Assembly: GCA_963702425.1 (NCBI GenBank)
Contig: CAVPCQ010000037.1
Location: forward strand, 32,001 to 96,000
Reading direction: 5' to 3'
DNA from: an uncultured Acidobacteriota bacterium
GTDB lineage: Bacteria > Acidobacteriota > Polarisedimenticolia > J045
DNA: 64,000 nt
In this document: piece after piece, positions 56,522 through 64,000 of the stretch
How the letters are laid out: every line of letters starts with the position of its first letter
Position numbering within the stretch: position 1 is the stretch's first letter
The notes under the pieces: generated by a model
What the model was told of the DNA's origin: nothing
The model's input: only the letters and a program-made list of their open reading frames with translations
The model's database searches: none
Translations under genes and position numbers: made by a program

Positions 56522-56550
56522 TTGACATTGCGGAACGTCGCGGCTAATGT
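56522..56550 (+). promoter_or_regulatory. Sigma-70-type promoter for nrdJ
   Basis: TTGACA-17 nt-TAATGT. Confidence 0.55.
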
Positions 56551-56770
56551 CGCGCGCGCCGCAGGAGCCCGCGAGTGTTCCCTTTTGCCCGCGGGCAAGG
56601 GGCACCCGGGTGGGTGCGGCCGAAAGGGAGAGCCCGGGGGTCCGCGCGTCGAGGGGTGAGTTGGGGGCGGCGCCGCCGTGGCGCTGCACGGCGGCACTCC
56701 CCGGGACAACCAACAGCGGCGGAGGGCGTCCCACGCCCCCGCACGGCCATCGCTCCACGGAGGATCCAGC

Positions 56771-59605
56771 ATGTCCGTCCAGGAAACGCCTCGCGGTCCC
56801 GACAGCACGCCGCGCACCTCGACGGGCGCGAGCGCGGGCACCTATTCGAGCGGCCCGGTTCCGCGCCGCAATCGAGGCGGTTTCGCGCCCGGTCCGGGTC
56901 TCGTCGTCGAACGCCGGTTTACGGAACCCGGCGAGCAGCCGTTCGACCGGGTCGAGTGGGATCGGCGCACGGCCGGGATCAGTACCGAGAAGGGCGAGGC
57001 GGTCTTCGAGCAGGAGAACGTCGAGGTCCCGCGCTCGTGGTCGCAGACGGCGACCAACATCGTCGCCCAGAAGTACTTCCGCGGCACGCTCGGGACGCCG
57101 CAGCGCGAGCACTCGGTCCGCCAGCTGATCGGTCGCGTCGTCGGCGCCATCGTGCACTGGGGCGACGAAGGGGGCTACTTCCGCTCCGAGGTCGACTGCG
57201 ACGCGTTCCGCGACGAGCTGACCTACCTGCTGCTGCACCAGATGATGAGCTTCAACTCGCCGGTCTGGTTCAACTGCGGCGTCGAGGAGCACCCGCAGGT
57301 CTCGGCCTGCTTCATCAACAGCGTGCAGGACTCGATGACCTCGATCCTCGAGCTCGCCAAGACCGAGGGCATGCTGTTCAAGTTCGGATCGGGCACGGGA
57401 AGCAACCTGTCCGCGATCCGCTCCTCGCGCGAAGCCCTGTCGGGCGGCGGAACCGCGTCCGGACCGGTCTCGTTCATGAAGGGCTACGACGCGTTCGCCG
57501 GGGTCATCAAGTCGGGCGGCAAGACGCGACGCGCGGCGAAGATGGTGATCCTGAATGCCGATCACCCCGACATCGTCGACTTCATCGACAGCAAGGCGCG
57601 TGAAGAGCGCAAGGCGCACGTGCTGATCGACTCCGGCTACGACCCGGCCTTCAACGCGCCCGGCGGCGCCTACGACTCGGTCTTCTTCCAGAATGCCAAC
57701 CACTCGGTGCGCGTGACGGACGAGTTCATGCGCGCCGTCGCCGAGGACCGGAACTGGTCGACCCGCGCGGTGACCACCGGCGAGCCGGTCGAGACCTACA
57801 AGGCCCGCGACATGATGCGCCGCATCTCGCAGGCGGCGTGGGAGTGCGGCGATCCCGGCCTGCAGTTCGACACCACGATCAACACCTGGCACACCTGCAA
57901 AGCGACCGGCCGGATCAACGCCAGCAATCCGTGCTCGGAGTACATGTTCCTCGACGACACGGCCTGCAACCTGGCCTCGCTCAACCTGATGAAGTTCGTG
58001 CACCCCGACGGCCGGTTCGACGTCGAGGCGTTCCGCCACGCGGTCGGCATCACTCTCCTGGCCCAGGAAATCGTCGTCGACAGCGCGAGCTACCCGACCG
58101 CGCGGATCGGCGAGAACTCGTTCGCCTTCCGGCCGCTCGGGCTGGGCTACGCCAACCTCGGCGCGATGCTGATGTCGCTGGGACTGCCGTACGACTCGGA
58201 GGCGGGGCGGGCCGCGGCGGCGGCCGTGACCGCGCTGATGTGCGGCGAGGCCTACGCCACGTCGGCGCGCTGCGCGCGGGACCACGGCGGGCCGTTCGCG
58301 GCCTTCCCCGAGAACCGCGCCCCGATGCTCGAAGTCATCGCGCGCCACCGCCTGCACGCGGAGGCGCTCCCCGAGGACCTGGCCCCGCGCGCGATCCTGA
58401 CGGCGGCGCGCGACGCCTGGCGGCAGGCCGAGGAACTCGGAGCCCAGCACGGGATCCGCAACTCGCAGGTCACGGTGCTCGCGCCGACCGGCACGATCGC
58501 CTTCATGATGGACTGCGACACGACCGGCATCGAGCCCGACATCGCGCTCGTCAAGTACAAGAAGCTCGTCGGCGGCGGGATGATCAAGATCGTCAACAAC
58601 ACGGTCCCGGTCTCCCTGCGCCGGCTCAACTACTCGATCGACCAGATCCAGGAGATCCTCGACTACATCGAGGCCAACGGGACGATCGAGGGGGCGCCGC
58701 ACCTGCGCGAGGAGCACGTTCCGGTCTTCGACTGCGCTTTCCGCGCGCCGAACGGCTCGCGCTCGATCGCCTGGATGGGCCACCTCAAGATGATGGCCGC
58801 GGCGCAGCCGTTCCTCTCCGGCGCGATCAGCAAGACGGCGAACCTGCCCGAGGACGCGACCGTCGAGGACGTCGAGAAGGCGTACATCGAGGCCTGGCGG
58901 ATGGGCCTGAAGGCCGTCGCGATCTACCGCGACGGCTGCAAGCGGACCCAGCCGCTGTCGACGAGTTCCGGCACGGGGGACGCCAAGGAGAAGATCACGG
59001 CCATCGAGTACCGGCCGATGCGCCGCCGCCTCCCGGACGAGCGGCCGGCGGTGACGCACAAGTTCTCGGTCGCCGGTCACGAGGGGTACATCACGGTCGG
59101 GCTCTACCCCGAGACCCGGCAGCCGGGCGAGATCTTCGTGCTGATGGCCAAGCAGGGCTCGGTCGTCTCCGGTCTGACGGACGCCTTTGCCACCGCGATC
59201 TCGATGTCGTTGCAGTACGGCGTGCCGCTCAAGGTGCTGGTCGACAAGTACAGCCACATGCGCTTCGAGCCGTCGGGATACACGAACAGCAAGGAGATCC
59301 CGATCGCGAAGTCGATCGTGGACTACATGTTCCGCTGGCTCGCGTTGCGCTTCCTGCACGAGATGCCGGACGACAAGGCCGAGGCGAAGGCCGCGGCTGG
59401 AACCTCGGAGCGGGCCTTCGGCCTGACCCTCGAGGACGAGGCCGCGCGGGCCGATGCGCGGGCGATCGCGATGGAACACCAGGAGAAGGAGGTCTTCCGC
59501 GCCTCGTCCGATGCGCCGCCGTGTTTCGAGTGCGGCCAGATCATGGTGCGCAACGGCGCCTGCTACGCGTGTACCAACTGCGGTTCGACCTCGGGCTGCT
59601 CCTGA
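56771..59605 (+). CDS. nrdJ: Class II vitamin B12-dependent ribonucleotide reductase
   Basis: FNSPVWFN, SACFI, GGKTRRAAKM, SNPCSEY, ACNLASLN, APTGT, YRDGCK, TSCPD-like domain and C-terminal Cys cluster. Confidence 0.96.
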   Translation: MSVQETPRGPDSTPRTSTGASAGTYSSGPVPRRNRGGFAPGPGLVVERRFTEPGEQPFDRVEWDRRTAGISTEKGEAVFEQENVEVPRSWSQTATNIVAQKYFRGTLGTPQREHSVRQLIGRVVGAIVHWGDEGGYFRSEVDCDAFRDELTYLLLHQMMSFNSPVWFNCGVEEHPQVSACFINSVQDSMTSILELAKTEGMLFKFGSGTGSNLSAIRSSREALSGGGTASGPVSFMKGYDAFAGVIKSGGKTRRAAKMVILNADHPDIVDFIDSKAREERKAHVLIDSGYDPAFNAPGGAYDSVFFQNANHSVRVTDEFMRAVAEDRNWSTRAVTTGEPVETYKARDMMRRISQAAWECGDPGLQFDTTINTWHTCKATGRINASNPCSEYMFLDDTACNLASLNLMKFVHPDGRFDVEAFRHAVGITLLAQEIVVDSASYPTARIGENSFAFRPLGLGYANLGAMLMSLGLPYDSEAGRAAAAAVTALMCGEAYATSARCARDHGGPFAAFPENRAPMLEVIARHRLHAEALPEDLAPRAILTAARDAWRQAEELGAQHGIRNSQVTVLAPTGTIAFMMDCDTTGIEPDIALVKYKKLVGGGMIKIVNNTVPVSLRRLNYSIDQIQEILDYIEANGTIEGAPHLREEHVPVFDCAFRAPNGSRSIAWMGHLKMMAAAQPFLSGAISKTANLPEDATVEDVEKAYIEAWRMGLKAVAIYRDGCKRTQPLSTSSGTGDAKEKITAIEYRPMRRRLPDERPAVTHKFSVAGHEGYITVGLYPETRQPGEIFVLMAKQGSVVSGLTDAFATAISMSLQYGVPLKVLVDKYSHMRFEPSGYTNSKEIPIAKSIVDYMFRWLALRFLHEMPDDKAEAKAAAGTSERAFGLTLEDEAARADARAIAMEHQEKEVFRASSDAPPCFECGQIMVRNGACYACTNCGSTSGCS

Positions 59606-59654
59606 TCCTCCCCCGCTGACCCTCGCCGGGCTCTCCTCCCGGCGCCCCCCAGGG

Positions 59655-59692
59655 GAGGGAGCCGCCGGTGCGCCGGCGGCTCCCTCTCTCTT
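59655..59692 (+). terminator. Intrinsic terminator of nrdJ
   Basis: GAGGGAGCCGCCGG-TGCG-CCGGCGGCTCCCTC followed by TCTCTT. Confidence 0.75.
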
Positions 59693-59831
59693 CGGCAGCC
59701 CGCTCACCGACCGCATTCAAATCGAGCACGAATCCGTCAGGCGGTGTACCAAAACCGGGCATGGAATTCCCCGTCCTCGCCCGGCGGAACCGTAAGCGAC
59801 TTATTTGCAAGGTCTTATGGGAAGAGTCTCG

Positions 59832-59848
59832 CTGGCACGCGGGATGCT
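59832..59848 (+). promoter_or_regulatory. Sigma-54 promoter
   Basis: CTGGCACGCGGGATGCT, GG-N10-GC. Confidence 0.7.
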
Positions 59849-59858
59849 CTATCCGGGG

Positions 59859-59981
59859 TGCCAGCGGACGGGAGACTGCGGGCACCGGGATGGTCCCGGG
59901 AGCTTGCGGGTCGGGCTCTCCCGTCCGCCCCTTTCACCATGGCAGAAAAAAGCGGCGGCCGAGAGGCCGCCGTTTCACTTT
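59859..59981 (+). ncRNA. Putative ~120-nt sigma-54-dependent hairpin sRNA
   Basis: 12-bp perfect stem 59864-59875/59917-59928, nested stems with plus-strand G-U pairs, terminator. Confidence 0.55.
59946..59981. terminator. Bidirectional intrinsic terminator
   Basis: AAAAAAG-CGGCGGCC-GAGA-GGCCGCCG-TTTCACTTT. Confidence 0.75.
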
Positions 59982-60026
59982 CCGCGCTCCACGCCGGCCG
60001 GGCGGTCGTTCCCGCCCGAGCGACCG

Positions 60027-60674
60027 TCACTCGTGATCGTGGGCCAGCGCGGAGAACATCCCGGGCGCGATCCGCACGACCTGGCCGAGGCTGACCGTGA
60101 TGAGGCGGCCGGCGGTGATCGCCCGGATCTGGTGCGGCGTGTGCTGGGGGACGGTCACGCTCAGGACGTTCCCGTCGGCGGAGATCTGGTGCGGGGTGTC
60201 GCCAACCATGATCTCGAAGCTGCCCTCGACCGCGATGAAGACCTGGGGAACCTTGTGGGCGTGGGTCGAGAAGCGCGCCTCGGCGGCCTTGGCGCGCAGC
60301 AGCGCGACCTGGAAGCTGCCGTCGGGCGAGGTCGAGAGGTGGCGCAGGCTGTAGTCCGGCGACTCGAAAACGTCCTTGCGCGCCTCGATGAACGGCTGGT
60401 TGAACTCCTCGGTCGGCGTCAGGTCGTCGAAGATCGAGTGGAAGAAGTGGCGCGTGTCGTCGGAAGCCCGCGCCCGGTAAGCCGCGAAAAGCAGCTCCCG
60501 CCGGTCGAGGCCGAGCGCGTCGGCCAACCGCAGCACCACGCCGTCGCCGGGGATCTTTCCGTCGTTCTCGATCTGGACGATGTAAGGCTGGGTGACGGCG
60601 ACCTTCTCGGCCAACTGCTTTTTGTTCAGTCCCAGGCGTTCGCGGTGGAAACGGACGATCTCGGCAAAGGTCAT
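60027..60674 (-). CDS. XRE-family HTH regulator with C-terminal cupin domain
   Basis: RERLGLNKKQLAEKVAVTQPYIVQIEN; HAH..Q.F...EG and VPQHTPHQI cupin motifs. Confidence 0.88.
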   Translation of the reverse strand: MTFAEIVRFHRERLGLNKKQLAEKVAVTQPYIVQIENDGKIPGDGVVLRLADALGLDRRELLFAAYRARASDDTRHFFHSIFDDLTPTEEFNQPFIEARKDVFESPDYSLRHLSTSPDGSFQVALLRAKAAEARFSTHAHKVPQVFIAVEGSFEIMVGDTPHQISADGNVLSVTVPQHTPHQIRAITAGRLITVSLGQVVRIAPGMFSALAHDHE

Positions 60675-61240
60675 GGCGGTGACCCCCCTCGCGGAAACTG
60701 TTGGTAAGGCACTAGCAAGTTAGCCGAAGAGCGCGCGATGAGTCAAGCCTGGTCAGACGAGAAAATTAGGCAGCCGGGTAAGCCCCGGAGAGCGCCGGGT
60801 TACGGCGCGATTCCCTCGGCTAAGCCAGTCGGCGCCGGAGGGGGACGCCGACAACGCCCGGCGCGCCCGAGGAGCCCCCGCGAACGCTTCGTGACGCCAG
60901 CGAACAAGCGGCCCCTCGCGCCGCACGGCCTCGACCATCGTCCCCGGCGGACGAGCGCGGCGATTGCTTCGATCGAGCCGCGGGGCGGGAAATCGCGGCG
61001 CGGCAGCGGCACCTGGCGCGTGAATCGTCCGGGCCACGGCTTCCAGGGCCGCCGCGAAGCGTAAGGGGCGGCAAAACCGCAAACCCGAAACTCCGGCAAG
61101 CAACTCGACCGCGACCGGTTTCTCGAGCCGGTCGAGGTCCTCGCGGAACTCGCGCGCGCACCAGGGGGCCCTCGAGGCGTGATCCTCTATACTGCCCCGC
61201 TTTGGGGCCGCCTCCGCGGCCCGTGCGGGAGCCTTGAAGC

Positions 61241-62557
61241 GTGTCGAACGTCGCGGTGATCGGGGCCCAGTGGGGCGACGAAGGGAAGGGGAAGATCGTC
61301 GACTTCCTCGCCCCCCACTTCACCATCGTGGCGCGCTACCAGGGCGGCCCGAACGCCGGCCACACCGTGGTCTTCGGTGGCGTGCGCCATGCGTTGCACC
61401 ACATCCCGTCCGGGATCTTCCACGACGGCGTGCTCTGCCTGATCGGCGGCGGCGCGCTGGTCGATCCGGACAAGATCCTCGAGGAGATCGACGGGCTGCG
61501 CGCCGCGGGGATCACGCCCGAGGGGCGGCTGCGGATCTCTTCGCGCGCGCACGTGATCCTGCCGCTGCACCGCGAGCTGGACGCGGCGAAGGAGCTGCGG
61601 CTCGGCGCGGCGGCGATCGGGACCACGAAGAAGGGGATCGGCCCGGCCTACGGCGCGAAAGTGGAGCGCTGGGGCGTGCGGCTGATCGACCTCGCCGACC
61701 CGCCCGAGGTGGCCGACCGGCTGCAGCACGCGCTCGACGCCGGCCTCGCGGACTGGCTGCGGGTGCTCGACGCGAAGATCCCCGACCTGGACCAGGTCCA
61801 ACGGCAGGCCGCGGCGTGGTGGGAGCGGCTCGCACCGTTCGCAGGGAACGTGCGAAGTGCGCTCTCCGGCGCGCTCGGCAGCGGGGCCCCGATCCTCTTC
61901 GAGGGCGCGCAGGGGGCGCTGCTCGACGTCGATTTCGGCACCTACCCGTTCGTCACCTCGTCGAGCACGATGGCCGGCGGGATCCCGGCCGGCCTCGGTG
62001 TGCCGCCGCGGGCGGTGGAAAAGGTGATCGGCGTCTCCAAGGCCTACGCCACGCGCGTCGGCAGCGGGCCGTTCCCGACCGAGGACACCGGGACGGTGGG
62101 CGCGGCACTCCGCGAGCGCGGCCACGAGTTCGGGACCACCACCGGCCGGCCACGGCGCTGCGGCTGGTTCGACGCGGTCGCGATGCGGCTGGCGGTCGAG
62201 GTCAGCGGACTCGACGCGATTGCGCTGACCAAGTTCGACGTGCTGTCGGGGCTCGACCCGATCCGCCTGGCCGTGGCCTACGAGATCGACGGGGAGCGCC
62301 GGACCGAGATGCCGCTGACCGCCAAGGAGCTGGCGCGGGCGATCCCCGTCTACGAGGACTGGCCGGGCTGGGCGGAGGAGGTGCGCGGCGCCCTGCGCCT
62401 GGCGGACCTGCCGCGCGCGGCCCGCCGGGTGCTCGATCGGATCGCCGAGATCTCGGGGACGCCGGTCGGGATGATCTCGACCGGACCGGACCGCGAGGAG
62501 ACGATCGTGGTCGAGGGGCTGGTGCAGGAGATCGTGGAGGCCGGGGGCCGCCGGTGA
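61241..62557 (+). CDS. purA: Adenylosuccinate synthetase
   Basis: GAQWGDEGKGK, QGGPNAGHT, GTTKKGIGP, FEGAQG, GTTTGRPRRCGW. Confidence 0.97.
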   Translation: MSNVAVIGAQWGDEGKGKIVDFLAPHFTIVARYQGGPNAGHTVVFGGVRHALHHIPSGIFHDGVLCLIGGGALVDPDKILEEIDGLRAAGITPEGRLRISSRAHVILPLHRELDAAKELRLGAAAIGTTKKGIGPAYGAKVERWGVRLIDLADPPEVADRLQHALDAGLADWLRVLDAKIPDLDQVQRQAAAWWERLAPFAGNVRSALSGALGSGAPILFEGAQGALLDVDFGTYPFVTSSSTMAGGIPAGLGVPPRAVEKVIGVSKAYATRVGSGPFPTEDTGTVGAALRERGHEFGTTTGRPRRCGWFDAVAMRLAVEVSGLDAIALTKFDVLSGLDPIRLAVAYEIDGERRTEMPLTAKELARAIPVYEDWPGWAEEVRGALRLADLPRAARRVLDRIAEISGTPVGMISTGPDREETIVVEGLVQEIVEAGGRR

Positions 62558-62757
62558 GCGTCGTGGAGTCGACGCTCCCGTGCGCGCTGGTCGAGGGGCG
62601 CGACGCAGCGGAGTGGGTCGTGTCGCGGCTCGCAGAGGCCGGGATCGAGGCTACGCTGCATGAGCCCGGCGAGCGCTACCACGACGTCGGGCCCGGCCGG
62701 TTCGAGGTCCGGGTTCCGGCGACGCAGGTCGCGCGGGCTCGCGTGCTGCTGGGCTGA
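62554..62757 (+). CDS. Small DUF2007-like protein
   Basis: GTGA overlap; AEWVVSRLAEAGIEA..EVRVP....ARARVLL pattern. Confidence 0.65.
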   Translation: MSVVESTLPCALVEGRDAAEWVVSRLAEAGIEATLHEPGERYHDVGPGRFEVRVPATQVARARVLLG

Positions 62758-62771
62758 CGCCCGCCCGGTCC

Positions 62772-63584
62772 TCAGAAGATCTCGGCGAAGAAATCCCTCA
62801 TCGCGCGCCAGGCCCGCTTGGCGGCCGTCTCGTTGTAGGCCGCGCCGCGCGAGGGATCGACGCCGGCCTTGGGGTTGGTGAACGAGTGGACGGCGCCACC
62901 GTAGGCGACCAGTTGCCAGTCGACCTTGCCGCGGCGCATCTCATCCTCGAAGGCGGTCACCTCGGGCGGCGGCACGAGCGGGTCGTCCGCGCCGTGCAGC
63001 ACCAGCACCTTCCCCCTGATCGCCTTCGCGTCTGCCGGGTCCGGCGTGTCGAGGCCGCCGTGGAAGCTGACGACGCCGGCCACCGGCGCCCCGCTGCGGG
63101 CCAGCTCCAGCACGGTGGTGCCGCCGAAGCAGAAGCCGATCGCGGCCAGCTTCCCCGGCGCGACCTGCGGCTGCTTCGCGAGCGTCTCGAGGCCGGCGCG
63201 GGCGCGCGCGCGCATCTCGGCCCGGTTCCCCTTGAGGGCCCCGGCGAGCCGGCCCGCCTCCTCCTGGTCCGCGGCGATCAGCCCGTCGCCGTACATATCG
63301 ACCGCCAGCGCGACGTAGCCAAGCTCGGCCAGCTCCTGGGCCTTCTTCTTGGCGAAATCGCCGAGTCCCATCCAGTCGGGCACGACCAGCACGCCCGGCC
63401 GCTGGCCCGGCTTGGCGTCGTCGTAGGCGAGGTAGCCGATCAGCGTCGTCTCGCCGGCCTCGTACTCGACCGCGCGGGTCACGACCGCGGCCGACGCGGG
63501 CGGGGCCGCGAGGCCGGCGAGCAGGGCGAGAGCGGCCTGGGAGGCGAGGGTCGTCCGGGTGAGAGCGGGCAGCGCGCGACGCAT
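62772..63584 (-). CDS. Exported dienelactone hydrolase family protein
   Basis: Signal peptide, GFCFGG, SFHG, HGADDP, HSFT; RBS GAGGAGG. Confidence 0.92.
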   Translation of the reverse strand: MRRALPALTRTTLASQAALALLAGLAAPPASAAVVTRAVEYEAGETTLIGYLAYDDAKPGQRPGVLVVPDWMGLGDFAKKKAQELAELGYVALAVDMYGDGLIAADQEEAGRLAGALKGNRAEMRARARAGLETLAKQPQVAPGKLAAIGFCFGGTTVLELARSGAPVAGVVSFHGGLDTPDPADAKAIRGKVLVLHGADDPLVPPPEVTAFEDEMRRGKVDWQLVAYGGAVHSFTNPKAGVDPSRGAAYNETAAKRAWRAMRDFFAEIF

Positions 63585-63695
63585 GGTTCCTCCTCGGCCG
63601 GAGCGGCGCGGTGGCCCCGGGCATCGGAGAATACCCTCGCCGGCGCCGGCCTACCCGCCGGCCGGCGGACAGGTACACTGGTTCCTCGCCCTCGT

Positions 63696-63734
63696 GGGCC
63701 GTTAGCTCAGTCGGTAGAGCAGCGGACTTTTAAT
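63696..63734 (+). pseudogene. 5' half of tRNA-Lys(TTT), interrupted after the anticodon loop
   Basis: GGGCCGTTAGCTCAGTCGGTAGAGCAGCGGACTTTTAAT then non-tRNA sequence; no T-arm or acceptor 3' strand in the window. Confidence 0.8.
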
Positions 63735-64000
63735 GCATTTGACACGTCGGCGGCAACTTGGCTCACCTCAGCAAGTTGCCGCTTTTTCTATCAGATAGCC
63801 CGTCACCGAGTGTCACCGAGTGTCACGAAACGCACCCCGTTTCTGGAAAACGTGACACGATTGGACACGACCGAGAGCAGCGGATTCGATCCGCGGACGC
63901 GACCTAGGCCGTATGCATATGGCCTGAAAAGGACGGCCCGACCGTGGACAGCGGCCGGGCCCTAACAGCGCGATCGGGCGAAAGGACGATTCCACGCGTT
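63735..64000. mobile_element. Probable left end (att junction) of an integrated element
   Basis: Begins at the tRNA break; lower GC; 10-bp-period repeats in two orientations; no integrase visible in the window. Confidence 0.55.
63802..63870. repeat. Short tandem and inverted repeats, arm-type-site-like
   Basis: GTCACCGAGT x2 plus GTCACGA (63802-63828); GTGACACGA and TGGACACGA (63852-63870). Confidence 0.7.

Noticed and set aside
59908-59920. Base-pairing between the GUCGGGCUC of the third RNA and the GAACCCGAC repeats of the long RNA
   Set aside because: Too short and imperfect to exceed chance in high-GC sequence
59859-59930. Hairpin RNA as SRP (4.5S) RNA
   Set aside because: Lacks the conserved CAGG..GGAA..AGCAG domain IV motif
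60701-60718. TTGGTAAGGCACTAGCAA as a fourth sigma-54 promoter
   Set aside because: GG-N10-GC spacing fits but the flanks match poorly, and it overlaps the likely XRE-gene promoter on the other strand
61065-61100. GGCAAAACC..GAAA as a c-di-GMP-I riboswitch
   Set aside because: The required paired stems could not be built
63802-63870. Repeats as a CRISPR array
   Set aside because: Units are 9-10 bp with no spacers, and no cas genes are present

Overview
High-GC bacterial chromosome window. Gene content suggests a diderm, possibly Acidobacteria-like organism, but that is inference. It holds housekeeping and envelope genes (DinG helicase, acpS, MlaEFD, nucleotide-sugar genes, lpxB, yicC-gmk-coaBC-UDG, lnt, hutU, priA, nrdJ with NrdR boxes, purA), a multiheme cytochrome cluster (two CbcL-like cytochrome c/b fusions with 19 and 11 heme motifs, a 7-motif anchored cytochrome, a tetraheme c3), two intact tRNAs, and a tRNA-Lys broken at its anticodon loop that marks the probable edge of an integrated element. 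The most interesting signal is non-coding. Three canonically spaced sigma-54 (-24/-12) promoters each precede a short structured, hairpin-terminated stretch with no credible ORF. Two of them flank a giant Ser/Thr kinase-TPR-GAF-sigma-54 activator gene and share a GACUCCUUU anti-Shine-Dalgarno-like motif, and a TGTTGC-N5-GCAAC palindrome occurs at both ends of that gene. Several genes carry single-base frameshifts at G/C runs, most likely sequencing errors.
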